Source of the DNA: Scyliorhinus canicula
Lineage: Eukaryota
DNA length: 64,000 nt
Assembly (NCBI RefSeq): GCF_902713615.1
Contig: NC_052147.1
Span: forward strand, 166,636,410-166,700,409
Direction of reading: 5' to 3'
The translations under genes and the position numbers were made by a program. Under the pieces are notes generated by a model. It did no database searches and had not been told where the DNA came from. It saw nothing but the letters and a program-made list of their open reading frames with translations. This document shows positions 48,371 to 62,100 of this stretch, piece by piece; position 1 is the first letter of the stretch; every line of letters begins with the position of its first letter.

Positions 48371-49067
48371 TGTGAATTGCGCTTTCACGTATCTGATCGT
48401 CAGTCCAGAAGTAAAACACTCGAACACGTCAGTAACGAATATTCGTTTATTTACGGCCGGGACAAATCTCTAAGCAGTCGGGTAACTACCTTCGAGAAGT
48501 GCCAAAGTCCAAAATATGGACGGTATCTTTATACAATCACAGCTTAGGGGTGGTCACTTTAAATTCCTAGATACACCTATGATTTGGCAAGGATCCAGAA
48601 CATGTACATATATGGAATTATTCTTCGAGGTCGGGAGGTTATTTTTGACATAATCATTAGCACAAGTCACTATCAATATTAATACAAAGGTTTTTGTATC
48701 CCATGGCCATATGGCTCAACTCACTCCAAAGACAGTCCCCCTTACATTTCAATGTTTAATTGTTCCAACTGGTCAAACGAGCTTAATTATGTTTATCTCT
48801 GCAATAAAGTAACGGTTCCCATTCATTCCATTCTTTGCCTTTTTGACCTCTCTGCTTTTACAGATACGGGTCAGAACATTAATTAGTACCAATGCCACAC
48901 TCCCTATATTCCATCCCATAACCTTCTGACATCTTTGCTTTTACAGATACGGTCAGACACACTCCCTTTATTTCATCCCTTGACCTGTTGACATCTCTTT
49001 CACAGAGCTTTTCAGAACTGTTATATTAACCCTATCAGCGAAGTTCCAAATGAAATCCACTTCTACA
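48371..49067 (-). mobile_element. Solo LTR family 3 (697 bp), unit-2-specific, inserted in a SINE
   Basis: TG...CA termini, TSD CACT (48367-48370, 49068-49071), empty site ATACACTGCG at ~22051. TATAAAG and AATAAA on the - strand; internal direct repeats. Confidence 0.85.
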
Positions 49068-49131
49068 CACTGCGCCACCGTGCTTCCCTGGTTGTCATTG
49101 TTTTAATAAGTTACCATTCGGAAATGCTTCT

Positions 49132-52100
49132 TGATGGAACCATCAATTCACTAGACACGTGCTTTCAGATATGAACAGTGCTTTTAACCTACTTACAACA
49201 GAGCCAGCCTGTTCCGCGTTGAACTCTCGATGAACTGAAAGACTGGCTCTGGGCATTGGTATTCATACAGCAGTCCAGGGGGAGGAGTCGTGGGCGGAGA
49301 CAAAGGTGGAGCCCTGTACACACTCCTAAGTATTCCCAGCGCTACTCCCCCTAGTGGTCGGGCAACGCAACTGCGCTTACAAATGCATGGTCTCATGTAT
49401 TCACAATACAGTGTGAATTACGGAGTTACATTCACCACATTCACAACCCCTACAAAAAAAAATCAAGTCTGGCGGGGGTGGTGGTTCATAAATTGAGTCT
49501 GTCCGGTGGTCGGACTGTCCGCTGCGATGTGCGGAGCACCGGGGTTGCAGCCTCTTGCGGTGGCTGGACGGGTGTTGTGGGTTGGAGTACGATGGCGGAC
49601 TCCAGGGAAAATCTCGTCCGAGCTCCATACCCGTCTGGTTCGACTGGGGACTGAGGGCGCTGGAAGTTGGCCTGTGCGGGCGCGCGGAACAGGTGGAGAA
49701 GGCTAGTGGGCTCGGGAGCGCGAGGGGGCGGCTGGGTTGCCTGGAGCCAATGCAGCGAGCTAGTGGATACGGGAGCCCGAGGGGGCAGCAGGATGGGGTG
49801 TAGGGTGAGGGGTGCATCTGTAGTGATAGAGGGGATGCTGCATCTGGCGGGTGCAAGGTCTTGGAGTGATACGGTGTCCTGACGGCCGTCAGGGAACTCG
49901 ACAAAGGCGTACTGGGGGTTGGAGTGAAGCAGGCGCACCTTCTCAACAAGGGGGTCGGTTTTGTGTGCCCTGACGTGCTTCCTCAGGAGTACAGGGCTCG
50001 GTGTCTTCAGCCATGCCGGAAGTGATCCCCGTGGTAGTGCCCCTGGAAAAACTGAAGAGCCTCTCGTGAGGGGTCTGATTGGTCGCTGTGCATAAGAGGA
50101 ACCTAATAGCATGGAGCGCGTCTGGGAGGACTTCCTGCCAATGGGAGACTTGGAGATTCCTGGAACGGAGGGTCAGTAGGACGGTCTTCCAGACTGTCAC
50201 ATTCTCCCTCTCCACCTGCCCATTCCCCCTGGGGTTGTAGCTGGTAGTCCTGCTCGAGGCGATGCCCTTGTCGAGCAGGTACTGACGCAGCTCGTCGCTC
50301 ATGAAGGACGAACTCCGGTCGCTGTGCACGTAGCTGGGGGAAACCAAACAGGGCCCTTATGACTGTGTGGGAGGTCATATCGGGGTAGCAAATGGGAAGC
50401 GGGAGAACTCAACTACGACGTTTAAAAAGTAAACGTTCTTGTTAGTTGAGGGGCGTGGCCCTTTGAAATCGATCGTGAAGCGTTCAAAGGGCCTAGAAGC
50501 CTTGACCAGGTGGGCCCTGTCTGGTCTATAGAAGTGCAGTTTGCACTCCGCACAGATCGAGCAGTCTCTGGTGACGGCTTTTACCTCCTCAGTGGAGAAA
50601 GACAGATTTTGGGCTTTGATGTAGTGGGCGAGCCGGGTGACCCCCGGGTGGCGGAGGTCGTTGTGGATGACATTCAGGCGGTCGATCTGCACGCTGGCGC
50701 ATGTCCCGCGGGATAGGGCAACTGGGTCCTCGTTGAGCTTCCCCGGTCGATACTTAATATCGTAGCTATAGGTGGAGAGTTCGGTCCTCCACCGCAGGAT
50801 TTTATCGTTTATAATTTTGCCCCTTTGCGAGTTGTCAAACATAAAGACAATCGATCGTTGGTCGGTGATGAGGGTGAACCTCCTACCTGCGAGGTAGTGC
50901 CTCCAGTGACGGATAGCCTCCACAATGGCTTGTGCTTCTTTTTTGACTGCCGAGTGTCGGAGTTCCGAAGCGGAGAGGGTACGGGAGAAAAATGCAACTG
51001 GCCTTCCTGCCTGATTTATGGTGGCTGCTAGAGCTACCTCTGAGGCGTCGCTCTCAACCTGAAATGGAGTGGATTCATCCACCGCCCACATGGCCGCCTT
51101 GGCGATGTCCTCCTTGATGCAGTTGAAGGCCTGGCGCGCCTCAGCTGACAGGGGAAATAGTGTGGCCTTAAAGAGTGGGCGGGCTTTGTCCGCATATTGA
51201 GGGACCCACTGGGCGTAGTAGGAAAAGAAACCCAAGCACCGTTTGAGGGCCTTGGGACAATGAGGGAGGGGGTGTTCTAAGAGGGGGCGCATACGGTCCG
51301 AGTCTGGGCTCAGAACTCCGTTTTCCATGACATAGCCGAGGATGGCTAGTCTGGCTGTGCGGAAAACGCATTTCTCCTTGTTATAAGTGAGGTTTAATTT
51401 CTGAGCCGTCTGGAGAAAACGGTAGAGGTTGGCATCGTGGTCCTGCTGGTCATAGCCGCAGATGGTGACATTGTCCAAGTACGGAGGGTTGGCCCGCAGC
51501 CCATACTTGTCCACCATTCGGCCCATTGCTCGTTGGAACACCGAAACCCCGTTAGTGACGCCGAAGGGGGTCCCGGAGGAAATGGAAGAGGCGGCCATCG
51601 GCCTCGAATGCCGTGTAGTGGCAGTCCTCCGGGCGGATTGGGAGCTGGTGGTATGCAGACTTCAGATCCACCGTGGAAAAGAGCCGATACTGGGCGATCT
51701 GGTTTACCATGTCTGCAATCCTGGGGAGGGGATACGCGTCAAGGAGCGTAAATCTATTTATGGTCTGACTATAGTCGACAACCATACGGAATTTTTCCCC
51801 TGTCTTGATGACCACCACCTGAGATCTCCAGGGGCTGTTGCTGGCCTCTATGATCCCCTCACTGAGAAGCCTTCGGACCTCCGATCTGATGAACACCCTA
51901 TCCTGCAGGCTGTATCGCCTGCTACGAGTGGCTATGGGTCTACAGTCCTGTGTGAGATTGGCAAAGAGAGGAGGGGGGAGATTCGCAGCGTGGCGAGTCT
52001 GCAGATAGTGAGTGGGGGCAAGGGCCCGCCGAAGCTGAGGGTGAGGCTCATAAGGTTACATTGAAAATCTCGGCCTAATAAGAATGGCGTGCAGAGTTCG

Positions 52101-53270
52101 GACAAAACGTAGAGTTGAAATTTTGCATAGCTAGCGCCTCGGATTGTGAGTGTCGCGGCGGTGCGCCCCTGGATCTGGACAGAGTGGGAGCCTGAAGCGA
52201 GAGAGATAGTTTGCCGCACGGGGATAACAGGGAGAGAACAGCGTCTTACCAGATCTGGGTGTATGAAGCTCTCAGTACTGTTGCACGTTTTGCTATGGGT
52301 GTAAAACGCGTTTATTGGGGTGTATTAACTTGCCTCTGTTAAAGGCCGTGTGCTTAACACCACTAGGCTCTGTCTATGTATCTTTCAGCTCAGGAGTCGC
52401 CAGTTGCCGTATAGACAACTCACAAAATATCTCAAGGTCAGGTTCAAAGTAATAAAACGATACACCGATTAGTAAGTTCCAAACGATCAATATTTATTAT
52501 ACAATTATAATAAATACGCATGCACACACTAAGGGACTAAGCTATGACTAAACTAAGCAAACAGAATACTTAACTACACAGGAACAGGCAAGGTCAGGGA
52601 GCGAGGCCTTCGTCCCGGTCTTGGTCTGCAACCTTCAGAAAGCGTGCTGGTCACTGGGGGTCTAGCGGGCTTGGTTCGCGTAGCGAGCGTCGTATTGGCA
52701 CTTACGGTTCGGCGGCTGGTGCTCAACGGCTGGAGTCAGGATACACGTTCAAGGTCTTGGTCAAAGCCGGAGCACGAAACAACAGACAGGACCATGTGTG
52801 GGGGTCTATTTTTATAGGGGTCCCCAATGTCCTTCCCTTTTCCTGGGCGGGCTTTACCTTCAGGTATCGATTGGATCGCTTCCAATCGATATCTTTTGAA
52901 TTCCTCCAATGTGAGGGTCTTTCTCGATGGTGGGGGCGGTTTCTATAGTGGATACTTCTGGTGCCGCTCTGTCTGGACATCCACTTAAAGTATCTTATTC
53001 AAACCCAAATGTTGCCATTGTGTGTGCCTAGATCTGGACTGCCTCATTAGTATGTAAAACGTTCTGCCATTATCACCTTTGGTTGGAGATCTTCCACCTG
53101 GCCAGAAACTGGTTTTGCTGCTTGCAAAATGCTAATGAGTGTTTGCAGGCTGTTTGCCTTGGCTAAACTGTTTTTCCCTGTAGTCTTTGCGATTCTCCAT
53201 TTTGTTTGGTTCAGTGTCCATTTTAGGTGGCTACAGTGGCTACAGTACTCCCGGAGTCGAAAAGGCATGG
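49132..53270 (-). mobile_element. Ty3/Gypsy element, unit-2 copy (LTR 49132-49439), interrupted by a solo LTR
   Basis: ORFs 51932-52219, 51552-51896, 50375-51598 and 49943-50347. Retains ~119 bp of protease (52115-52233) deleted in unit 1. Confidence 0.92.
52279..53244 (-). mobile_element. Solo LTR family 1, independent unit-2-specific insertion into the Gypsy protease
   Basis: Reverse-complement homolog of 8544-9505; TSD GTAC (52275-52278, 53245-53248); empty site at 25133-25136. Confidence 0.9.
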
Positions 53271-54775
53271 CAGTTCTTGAGTTTTAAAGGAAAAGTTTTC
53301 ACAATTTCTGTTAATTATTATTCCAGATGGTTTGAAGTGAGAAGACGAAACATCATCATGATGGAGGCAGTCACTAAGAAGAAATGTTGTGCACATGTCA
53401 TGCTAGATGTTGTGGTCAGACAATGGTCCTGAGTTCGCTAATGATTTGTTCCGCAACTTTGCACAGGAATATGTGGCTGGATTCTCCGTTTCAGCGGCTA
53501 AGAGTAAGCCCCGAGCATAAAACCAGGGACGTATTCTCCGTTGCCCAACGCAAATATCGTAATCGGCAGTGGGGCGTAGAATCCCTTCAAATGTTCATAT
53601 CGGGTGCGGCACTGGTTTGATGCCGGTTTTCAAGTTTCTGCCCACTCGGAAATGACATCATTGCGACGCACACCGTTGAAACAGCATGCTCCGTCCCTGA
53701 TGGGCCAAGTTTCCAGACCGCGCAGTTGACATGTGGTCTGAGCAGTCGGGAATCCGGCCAAAATCGGCGTCGAACCCTCAGCGATTCCGGAATGGTGAGG
53801 GACTAGCAGCGGCAGCTCCCATGCCTAAAATGGCCGGAGATTGACAGGGTCCGTAGCCGTGCACGCACATGGCTGACAACCTGCAGCGGTGGCCGTACAT
53901 CATGCGACCCCACAGGCGACCCCCTGGCCAGTCACTGGCCGCCCCCCACCAGTTCCCCCTGCCCTCATGGAAGCAACTCTTCCCGGCCAGTAGCACGGAT
54001 CCTGGCCGAGTGTGGTGGTGCTGGACACGGTCCGCAGCTGCAACACCGGGTTCCTGACTGCTCAGACCACATGTCAACCGAGTGGTCGGGAACTTGGCCC
54101 ATTAGGGACAGAGCATCACTGGAGGGGCTTCCGATGATGCGCCAATGCCGTTTCAATGGCGTGCGGTGCATGATGTGATGACGCCATTTCAGACGGGGCG
54201 GAGACTTGAAAACTGGCCCCTGATTTGAACATCTGAAGGGAATCACCGATTACAATCTCGGCTTCGGGCAATGGGAATCCCGCCCCTGGTTTTATGCATA
54301 GGGCTTGTTAGTTGAAAGGGTTTTCAAACAATCAAGGAATTGATGGAAAAAGAATGAAGATATTAACTTATGTCTTCTTAACAACAGAACCACCCCTTTA
54401 AAAATGGGTTCTCATCATCAGAACTGATGAGATGATGGCTGAGAACATAACTTCCAGCTCTACAGCAACCATTAAAACATAACATGACCTCAAAAGATCA
54501 CGAGATGCACCTGTACATTGCCAGCTAAACTACTCCACCATCATTCACATGCATGATCACATTGATGTCAACTCATGTGAATTGGACAAAAACAGAGCAA
54601 CAAATCCATTTACCGTTGTACTGTCACTGCTAGTAGTTACGCCAAGGAGCAAAAACACATTTTAGTTAATTTAGCAACCGAGCTAGCTGGAGATATGTTG
54701 GAAAAAAATTTTTGAAAATGGATTTTGTAACCATTGCTGTTTGAAAACAATTTGAATGTAGAAAGAACAATGGAC

Positions 54776-55016
54776 TCGCCCTCTTTGTTTTCACACGACA
54801 AATAAAATGAAACGAAAGCAAAGTGAAGAGAATCAGTGACATGTCAAGCAACATGTCAAGTGATGTGTTTTGTTCTCTTTTTGCTGATGCTGAGCATCAG
54901 ATCATATGAATAACAAAGGAACAGAGTAGAGGGGTCATTTTGTACAGCATATATATATCACACTGTAGAACGTGTTGCTATGTTAAAGCAGTTACTCATC
55001 TAACTGTGAGCTCAAA
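54776..55016 (+). promoter_or_regulatory. Proximal promoter/5'UTR of A3
   Basis: TGCTGATGCTGAGCA 54882-54896, AACAAAG, TATATATA 54950-54957. Confidence 0.75.
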
Positions 55017-57992
55017 ATGGCAAAGGCAAGAATCACGCTGTTATCTCTACACTTTGTGATTACTATCACTAGATTTTCAAGCTTACTAATTTATCTTCTT
55101 CGTAGCCTAGTTTGACAAGTTATTAATTTAAAAACATGTGACTTTTTCCACAGATTATCTTTTACGAGGACAGGAACTTCCAGGGTCGGCACTATGAGTG
55201 CAGCAGTGACTGTGCTGACCTGTCCTCTTACTTCAGCCGCTGTAACTCCATGCGTGTCATGAGTGACTGGTGGGTAATGTATGAGAGACCCAATTACATG
55301 GGATACCAGTATGTTCTGAGCAGGGGAGAATATCCTGACTACCAGCGCTGGATGGGATTCAATGACAACATCGGGTCATGTCGCACCTACCCATACGTAA
55401 GTTGGTTATTTACATATTCTGCTCAGATTGAGGTCGAGAAAATGTAAATTGAGCAAAGCATCAAAAGTTGGGGATGTCGCCCTCTTTTCCACACTTGATA
55501 TTTGTAATAACAGTAATGATACACAGCTGAGTAATTAAAGGTAGAAATTGGAAATCATTGCTCCTCGAATTTGGGTCAAGTAAATTTTCAGGCAGTGTTG
55601 TTGGCCACCTAACATAGGATTAGGTGATTTACAATGTAAATGAGATGCCTAAAACCCAGCTTTAGTTGCCCTGAGAGCAATTTGATTGTGATGGATTAAA
55701 ATGGCAGTAGAAAAAATAAAAGCAAATGACTGAGAATGCTGTAATCTGAAACAAAAGAGAAAATGCTGGAAAATCTCAGCAGGTCTGGCAGCATCTGTAG
55801 GGAGAGAAAATAGCGAACGTTTCGAGTCCAGATGACCATTTCTCAAATGGCTGTAGATTTCAGAGCAGAGACTACCGAGAAATTGTTTTGATGAAAAGTC
55901 TTCCTGTTGTCCTCAGGACAGTTAGGGTGCAGGTCATGTAATGTTCTTGTTGGCTGGCCTGATTTATTACAAAAACACTTGGGGTTAAAGTTATAAACGA
56001 TTCATTAACTTTAACTGTGGGTAACCTATAGACAAGAGAACAGATGAACAAAACAGTAAAATCACGCACAAGCAGCCTCTCTCTTTTGAGCAGCCAGTCT
56101 GAGGGGTGAGCTAACTTTAACATTCACCTACATACTAGTGAGACACCGAGTGGTCAGTTGATGAATTACAACACAGCCATGCTATCACGACAGGTCTGAC
56201 TCCACAGTCATTGTTTTCACATTGGGTCGGATTGGATTGTTTTATTGTCTTGTGTACTGAGGTACAGCGAAAAGTATTTTTCTGCGAGCAGCTCAACAGA
56301 TCATTAAGTACATGAAAAAAAAAGAAAATAAAAGAAAATACATAATAGGGCAACACAAGGTACACAATGTAACCACATGAACACTGGAATCGGGTGAAGC
56401 ATCCGGTGTAGTATTAATCAGGTCAGTCCATAAGAGGGTCATTTAAGGGTCTGGTTAGAGCAGGGAAGAAGCTGTTTTTGAGTCTGTTCATGCGTGTTCT
56501 CAGACTTTTGTATCACCTGCCCGATGGAAGAAGTTGGATGAGTGAGTAAGCCGGGTAGGAGGCATCTTTGATTTGCTGCCCGCTTTCCCCAGGCGGGGAG
56601 GTGTAGATGGTGTCAATGGATGGGAGGTGGGTTCATGTGATGGACTGGGCTGTGATCACAACTCTCTGAAGTTTCTTGAGGTCTACGGCCAGGCAGTTAC
56701 CATACCAAAGTGTGATGCAACCAGATATTGCCAACTGTAAAGGTTGGTCAGAATTCATGTGGACATTCCTAATATCCCATCCTCACCAACCAGTTCATAC
56801 CCCCCAACCCTAGTGTTCCCTCTAATCCAGTCCTGTGCCCCTCAAACTTGCAAACTGCATCTGGAGGGTATTTGTGCATCAACTGTCAATGAGTGTTGAT
56901 GCTGAATAAGGACCTCAAATTGGTACGTGGTTGCCTCCAAGTCAGAGAACAAAAATGAGACCAGATCAGTTTCTACCTCGTAAATACTGGCACTGAAAGA
57001 CAAAGGCCGGGATCATCTGCTCCCACTGAAAGTCAATGGAAGTTAGGGTGGCCTGCTACTGTTGGGCCAGAACATCCTGGCTTATGTGTATTTGTCTGGG
57101 ATTGGATAAAATATTTACATAGATTTTTTTGCACAGAAATAGTTGGTCAGTTCAGAGCATATCCTTGTATACCTTTTATCCTCATGCACTTACCCAATTT
57201 CCCTTTAAATAGAAATTTTACATTTTTCATCATAATTCGAATGTTATATTGCTTCTGTAAGTTAAATATAATATTCTGCTCAGCAGAAAGGTTGACAATC
57301 CCAAATCACCCACAAAATAATATGCTGAATACCTCCACCCCGCCGGCTGCAAGTCCCCGGGCGGGATTCTCCGGTCGTCGGGCGAACACGGCTGGAGAAT
57401 CCCACCCATATTAATCTGAAGGAAAATAGTAAACCAGCTTTATGTACCGACATTAAGAAATCGCCTGACTGTACGGCACTGCTTAAATTTCCCGTGAACA
57501 AAGTTTTCTTCAAAACAATATGAGATTTCATTAGTGTTGCACACTGGGAATCAGATGAGGATTTATTCCACAGATTCGACGTTATCCGGAATTATCCATA
57601 GATCCTGAATTATTGCATTCCTCAGCTGTTCCCTCCTAACCAAACTGGCCCTTTTTTTATATATTTCAGATGAATAATTGATTCTCCCCTCACAATTTTT
57701 TTTTTTTCTATGACAGTACCGAGGTGGAAACTACAGAATGAGGATTTACGAGAGGCCTGACTTTGGAGGACAGATGATGGAATTCATGGATGACTGTCCA
57801 TCTGTCTACGATCGTTTCCGTTACCGTGACATCCACTCCTCCCATGTTATGGACGGTTACTGGACCTTCTATGAACATCCCAACTACAGAGGCCGACAGT
57901 ACTTCATGAGACCCGGTGAATACAGGAGATACAGTGACTGGGGCGGCTACAACTCAACTATCGGTTCTTTCAGACGCATGAGAGATTTCTAA
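55017..57992 (+). CDS. cryg: gamma-crystallin copy A3, 175 aa; exons 55017-55025, 55154-55396, 57717-57992
   Basis: Intact spliced ORF with N21S, P28S, S75N, C126S, N134T, K154R. GC-AG intron 1 (128 nt); AATAAA 58042-58047. Confidence 0.95.
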
Positions 57993-58143
57993 ATTGTTCT
58001 TGACATATATGGTTTAGATTTTCCAACATATGTATCAGCAGAATAAAACGACATAACTTAACTGCTTTTTCTCTCAAATGATTTGTTTTTGGATTGTTTC
58101 TGCTGTTCAAATATAGAGTGGAAAGAAATAGCTGAGACAAAGA

Positions 58144-59148
58144 GGACGCGATTCTCCCAAAAAATCCCCAAATTATTTTATGGGGGTTTTCAGGGAGTTT
58201 CCTGCTGGCTCGGCAGGCGAGTTTCTCACGGCTATTCAATGGCACTTAGTCATTTTCTTAAGCCCACACTTAGATTTTCTTTAGCACTGGGAAGCTGAAC
58301 TCAGAGGTTGGGCAGCCATTGTGAAAGGGTGCCTCAATCTCTAAATGAGCTTGTGGGCCCCCCGCACCCAGCACCATGGGCAATGTCACCCACATGGACA
58401 CTACCCCACACCTCCCAAGTGAGCATACCATGCTATGGGATCCATGGAGGTCCCCGTTCTTCAGGCCCCACCCAAACCCCCTTACAGCATTCCCTTCCTT
58501 CCAAGACCCCTACCCATCACCCCTCCAACCTCTGTGGCCCCTACTTACCTACCTTGCAGTCTGCCACCCTTCAAAGTCCCTCTCCACCCTCATTTAAAGA
58601 GCATGGACCACTCACTTCCTGGTCCTTGTAGTGCCACCCTGGCACGCGGGCACTCTTGCACTGTCACCCTGGAACCCAGGCAGTGCTCTTGCTGGCTTGG
58701 CAGTGCCATCCAGGTACCTTGGCAGTGCCAAGGTGCCAGCTGGACAGTGCCAAGGTACCAACGTTCCAGGGTGAAGGCCAGGGAGCCACCCTGCACTTAC
58801 ACTGACTTCCCAGGGGTCTCCGATGTCCCCGAGTCCTCCCGGGTATCGTTCTGCCTGGTTCACATTTGTGCAGACCAGCATTGATCGGCTTCCCTGTGGT
58901 GGCCGGAGAATCGAGGGAGGCTGTTGGATCCTGGGTGAGTAGGTCATAAGTAGGTTTATAACCTACTTCCGGGAGCGGCATTGGGTCACGCCCATTTGGG
59001 GCGGGGTTCCAACTCCAACATCTCGCTGGACTTTGGAGAATCTCGAGAGGTGAGGAGCCTGTCGGGAGGCTCGCTTTAAGCCTCTCCCGGGATTCTCAGG
59101 CCACGTTGTGTTCTCGCTTGAGCACAAAGTGGCTGGGGAATGACGGCC
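58144..59148. mobile_element. Harbinger-type MITE, A3 copy
   Basis: Paralog of 4797-5798. Confidence 0.7.
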
Positions 59149-62100
59149 ATATCTTCATCACATGTTCAAGATGATTAAGGCAAATTTAGGGCAAATATGT
59201 GATGATCTTCCCATCATTCCCATTGAAGTTGAGAATTCTACACAAATTATTTCCTGGACAATGACCATTGCATGAATCAATTTAATGGTATTACAATTAA
59301 AATTTGATTCCTTTCTCTATAATGAGTCAAAGGTTCAGTTCCAGATCATTTTGGAGTCTAATGCATGGAAGTCAGACGCATTAATAGTTAAATAAATAAC
59401 AGCCGATGGCTGACCCCTTCTGTGTTTGTGTTTAATCACAATGTTAATGGCGAAAGCAGTGAGAACTTTGTGCTTTGCATTAACGCGTTAAAAATCACCA
59501 GAACGTCCCAGTCCCAGATCTTTTCTGCTTTTGACCATTATGTTATAACTAATTTCTAGAAACTCTTCCCTGAGGCACCCTCAACTCATTAGAGGGGATA
59601 TTTATTTTAAATGAATAAAGCAAAGGAACTGGAGCAAAAAATGATTTCTTCACAATAGGCATTGATCTTGTATCATTCCTCCATTCATGCAAAATACATC
59701 AGCTGTGATTCCTGGCCTGAACTGTGATTCAAATACATTGTTTTCTGAAATATTTATTTTCTTTTCCTCACCACCCACTGACACAGTCTGAGCTATATAT
59801 TTCTCTTTAAACGTTTCAGACAGACCCTGACTTAAACAAAGCAGCTTGCTAAATATCTCCAATAAAGTGACTGGCATCAAAAAACCTTGAATCAGAACAA
59901 ATATTTTAAATCTGCCAATCAAGCATCGTCTTAACTATTTACACAAGGTGTTTGTCTTTCTTAGTATCGTTGATTCAGAGAAGATTCAACATGCTCCATT
60001 CAGCATTTTAAATGAGCTGAGCATTTCAGCCTCAGCCACCAACTTAGACGGTGAATCCCAGATGCCCTTTGAGTGAACAGGTTTTCCTCTTTTTCCCATA
60101 ATCCTTCTGCCAATCATATGAAATCTATGCCCTGGGAACTGACCCCCCAGCTAGGGGAAACAAGTCTTTCCTCTCTACCCTGTCTTGGCCCCTCATAATT
60201 TTGTACACCTCAATCAGGTCACCCATTAGCCTCCTCTGTTCAATAGTAAACAACCCTAGACTGCTTACTCAAGTAGTATGTTCCAGATCATGACAATTTT
60301 CAGCGTAAAAAACAATTCTCCTTATCTCCCCTCTGGTTCTGTAGCCAATCACTTTAAATCTGTGTCCACAAACCTTTGCTGTACTGGAACCAATTAGGCT
60401 TTATTTACTACGTTGCAAAGCTTCATTATTTTGAACATGTACACTACATCGCCTCTGAATTTCTCTGCTTTAAGGAGAACCAATCCCAGCGTTCTAATGT
60501 CTCTTTGTAATTGAAATCTCATATCTCTGACACCATTCTGCTAATTATCTTCCCCACCTCTTGAAATACCGTTATGTCGTTTTATTTTAAATGTGCTTGG
60601 CAGAGTAAAGGTTAACATGAGACTGGAGATTGACACCACTCACTGTACGATGGATGGAGTTACATGGTAAGAGACTTTGAAAGAACATTCTGGAATCAGC
60701 CTGCTGGGCATGGCAGAAGCACCATGCAATTGCAGTAAGATAGGATCAGTAAATAGTAACATAAAAGACTGTTTATGTATGAAAATATGATTCTTAAGTT
60801 CCTCATCACTGAGCCATGGCATACAATATAATATTACAACTTGGTTGGCAGCTGTGGAATGACTTACAACATGATGAAAAACAGTGATATAAAATGTGGC
60901 TTTGCAAACCCAGAATAATATCCCCAAAAAACTGAAGCCAGACTAGAGTTTCATGCATGCGCGGCATTGTAGCAGAGTGGTTAGCACTGTTGCTTCACAC
61001 CGTCAGGGTCCAAGGTTCGGTTCCCCACTTGGGTCACTGTCTATGCGAAAACTGCACATTCTCCCTTGTGTGCGTGGGTTTCCTACGGGTGCTGAAAGAC
61101 GTGCTGTTAGGTAATTCGGACATTCTGAGTTCTCCCTCCATGTACCCATACAGGCACCAGAGTGTGGCGACCAAAGGATTTTCACAGTAACTTCATTGCA
61201 GTGTTAATGTTAGCCTACTAGTGACAATAAAGATTATTATTATTATTACCTACGACAGAAAATTGAACAGACTGCTGAAGCATCTTCACTATAGTCGTCA
61301 AAGTTGAGCAATCCACCAGAGTGAGTGGACGTCCACTGTAAAACCCCCGTATGGCATAGAATAAAAAATAAAAAAACCTGGTCTAATCAGAATGACTGGT
61401 GAGCTCAAGAATTGCAAGATCCCTGAGTAATGCAGGGAAATAAAATTGCTCAGGTCACAAGATGGGTGAGCAAAACTATAAAATTTGCAAGGCCCTGTGT
61501 GATGTGAAGAATACTGGAAAGTTCATGAGATGGTGAGGAACAATTACAGAAAAGAATATGTGCTTACATTAAAGAATAGCTGGCAGTCCCACAGCTCAGC
61601 ATATCAATAGAGAAGCTGGAAGACAGCTGGAAGTTACAAAAAAAATGCAAATATCAGCAAGCTTTGTTTTATTAAAAATAAAGTTTTATACATTTAACAG
61701 CTTAAAAAAACCAAAGTGGCTGATTGTCTCACAGAGGAAAGAAACACCTGCGATGGTGTAGGAACATTTTCACTGACTGAATATTGAGCTGGCTTTACCT
61801 AATTGAGATTCAGCTGGCAAAAAAACCCGTGGAGACAGCAACTCTGGTTAAAACGGCTTTACATTCCAAGCTTGGTCAGCATACGCAGGAGAGTGATTTG
61901 GATAAACATCAAAACCACCCTGCTTTACATTACTTTAGGTTGAACAGTTGTACAATTTCTAAAAATCAGTATTCCTGCCTCAGCTGGACTCGGCTGTAGA
62001 TTATACATTGACCGATGAATTTTACTGTAGGCAGCATGGTAACTGTGTGATCAGCTCATGATGGAGTCATGTCCAGTCCACTGGCCATCTGTTGTTTTTC

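Larger units (their letters stand above)
26394..54505 (+). repeat. Tandem segmental duplication unit 2 (A2+B2 cassette, 28,112 bp)
   Basis: Colinear with unit 1 apart from copy-specific indels; A2-A3 ATG spacing is 28,112 bp. Confidence 0.9.
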
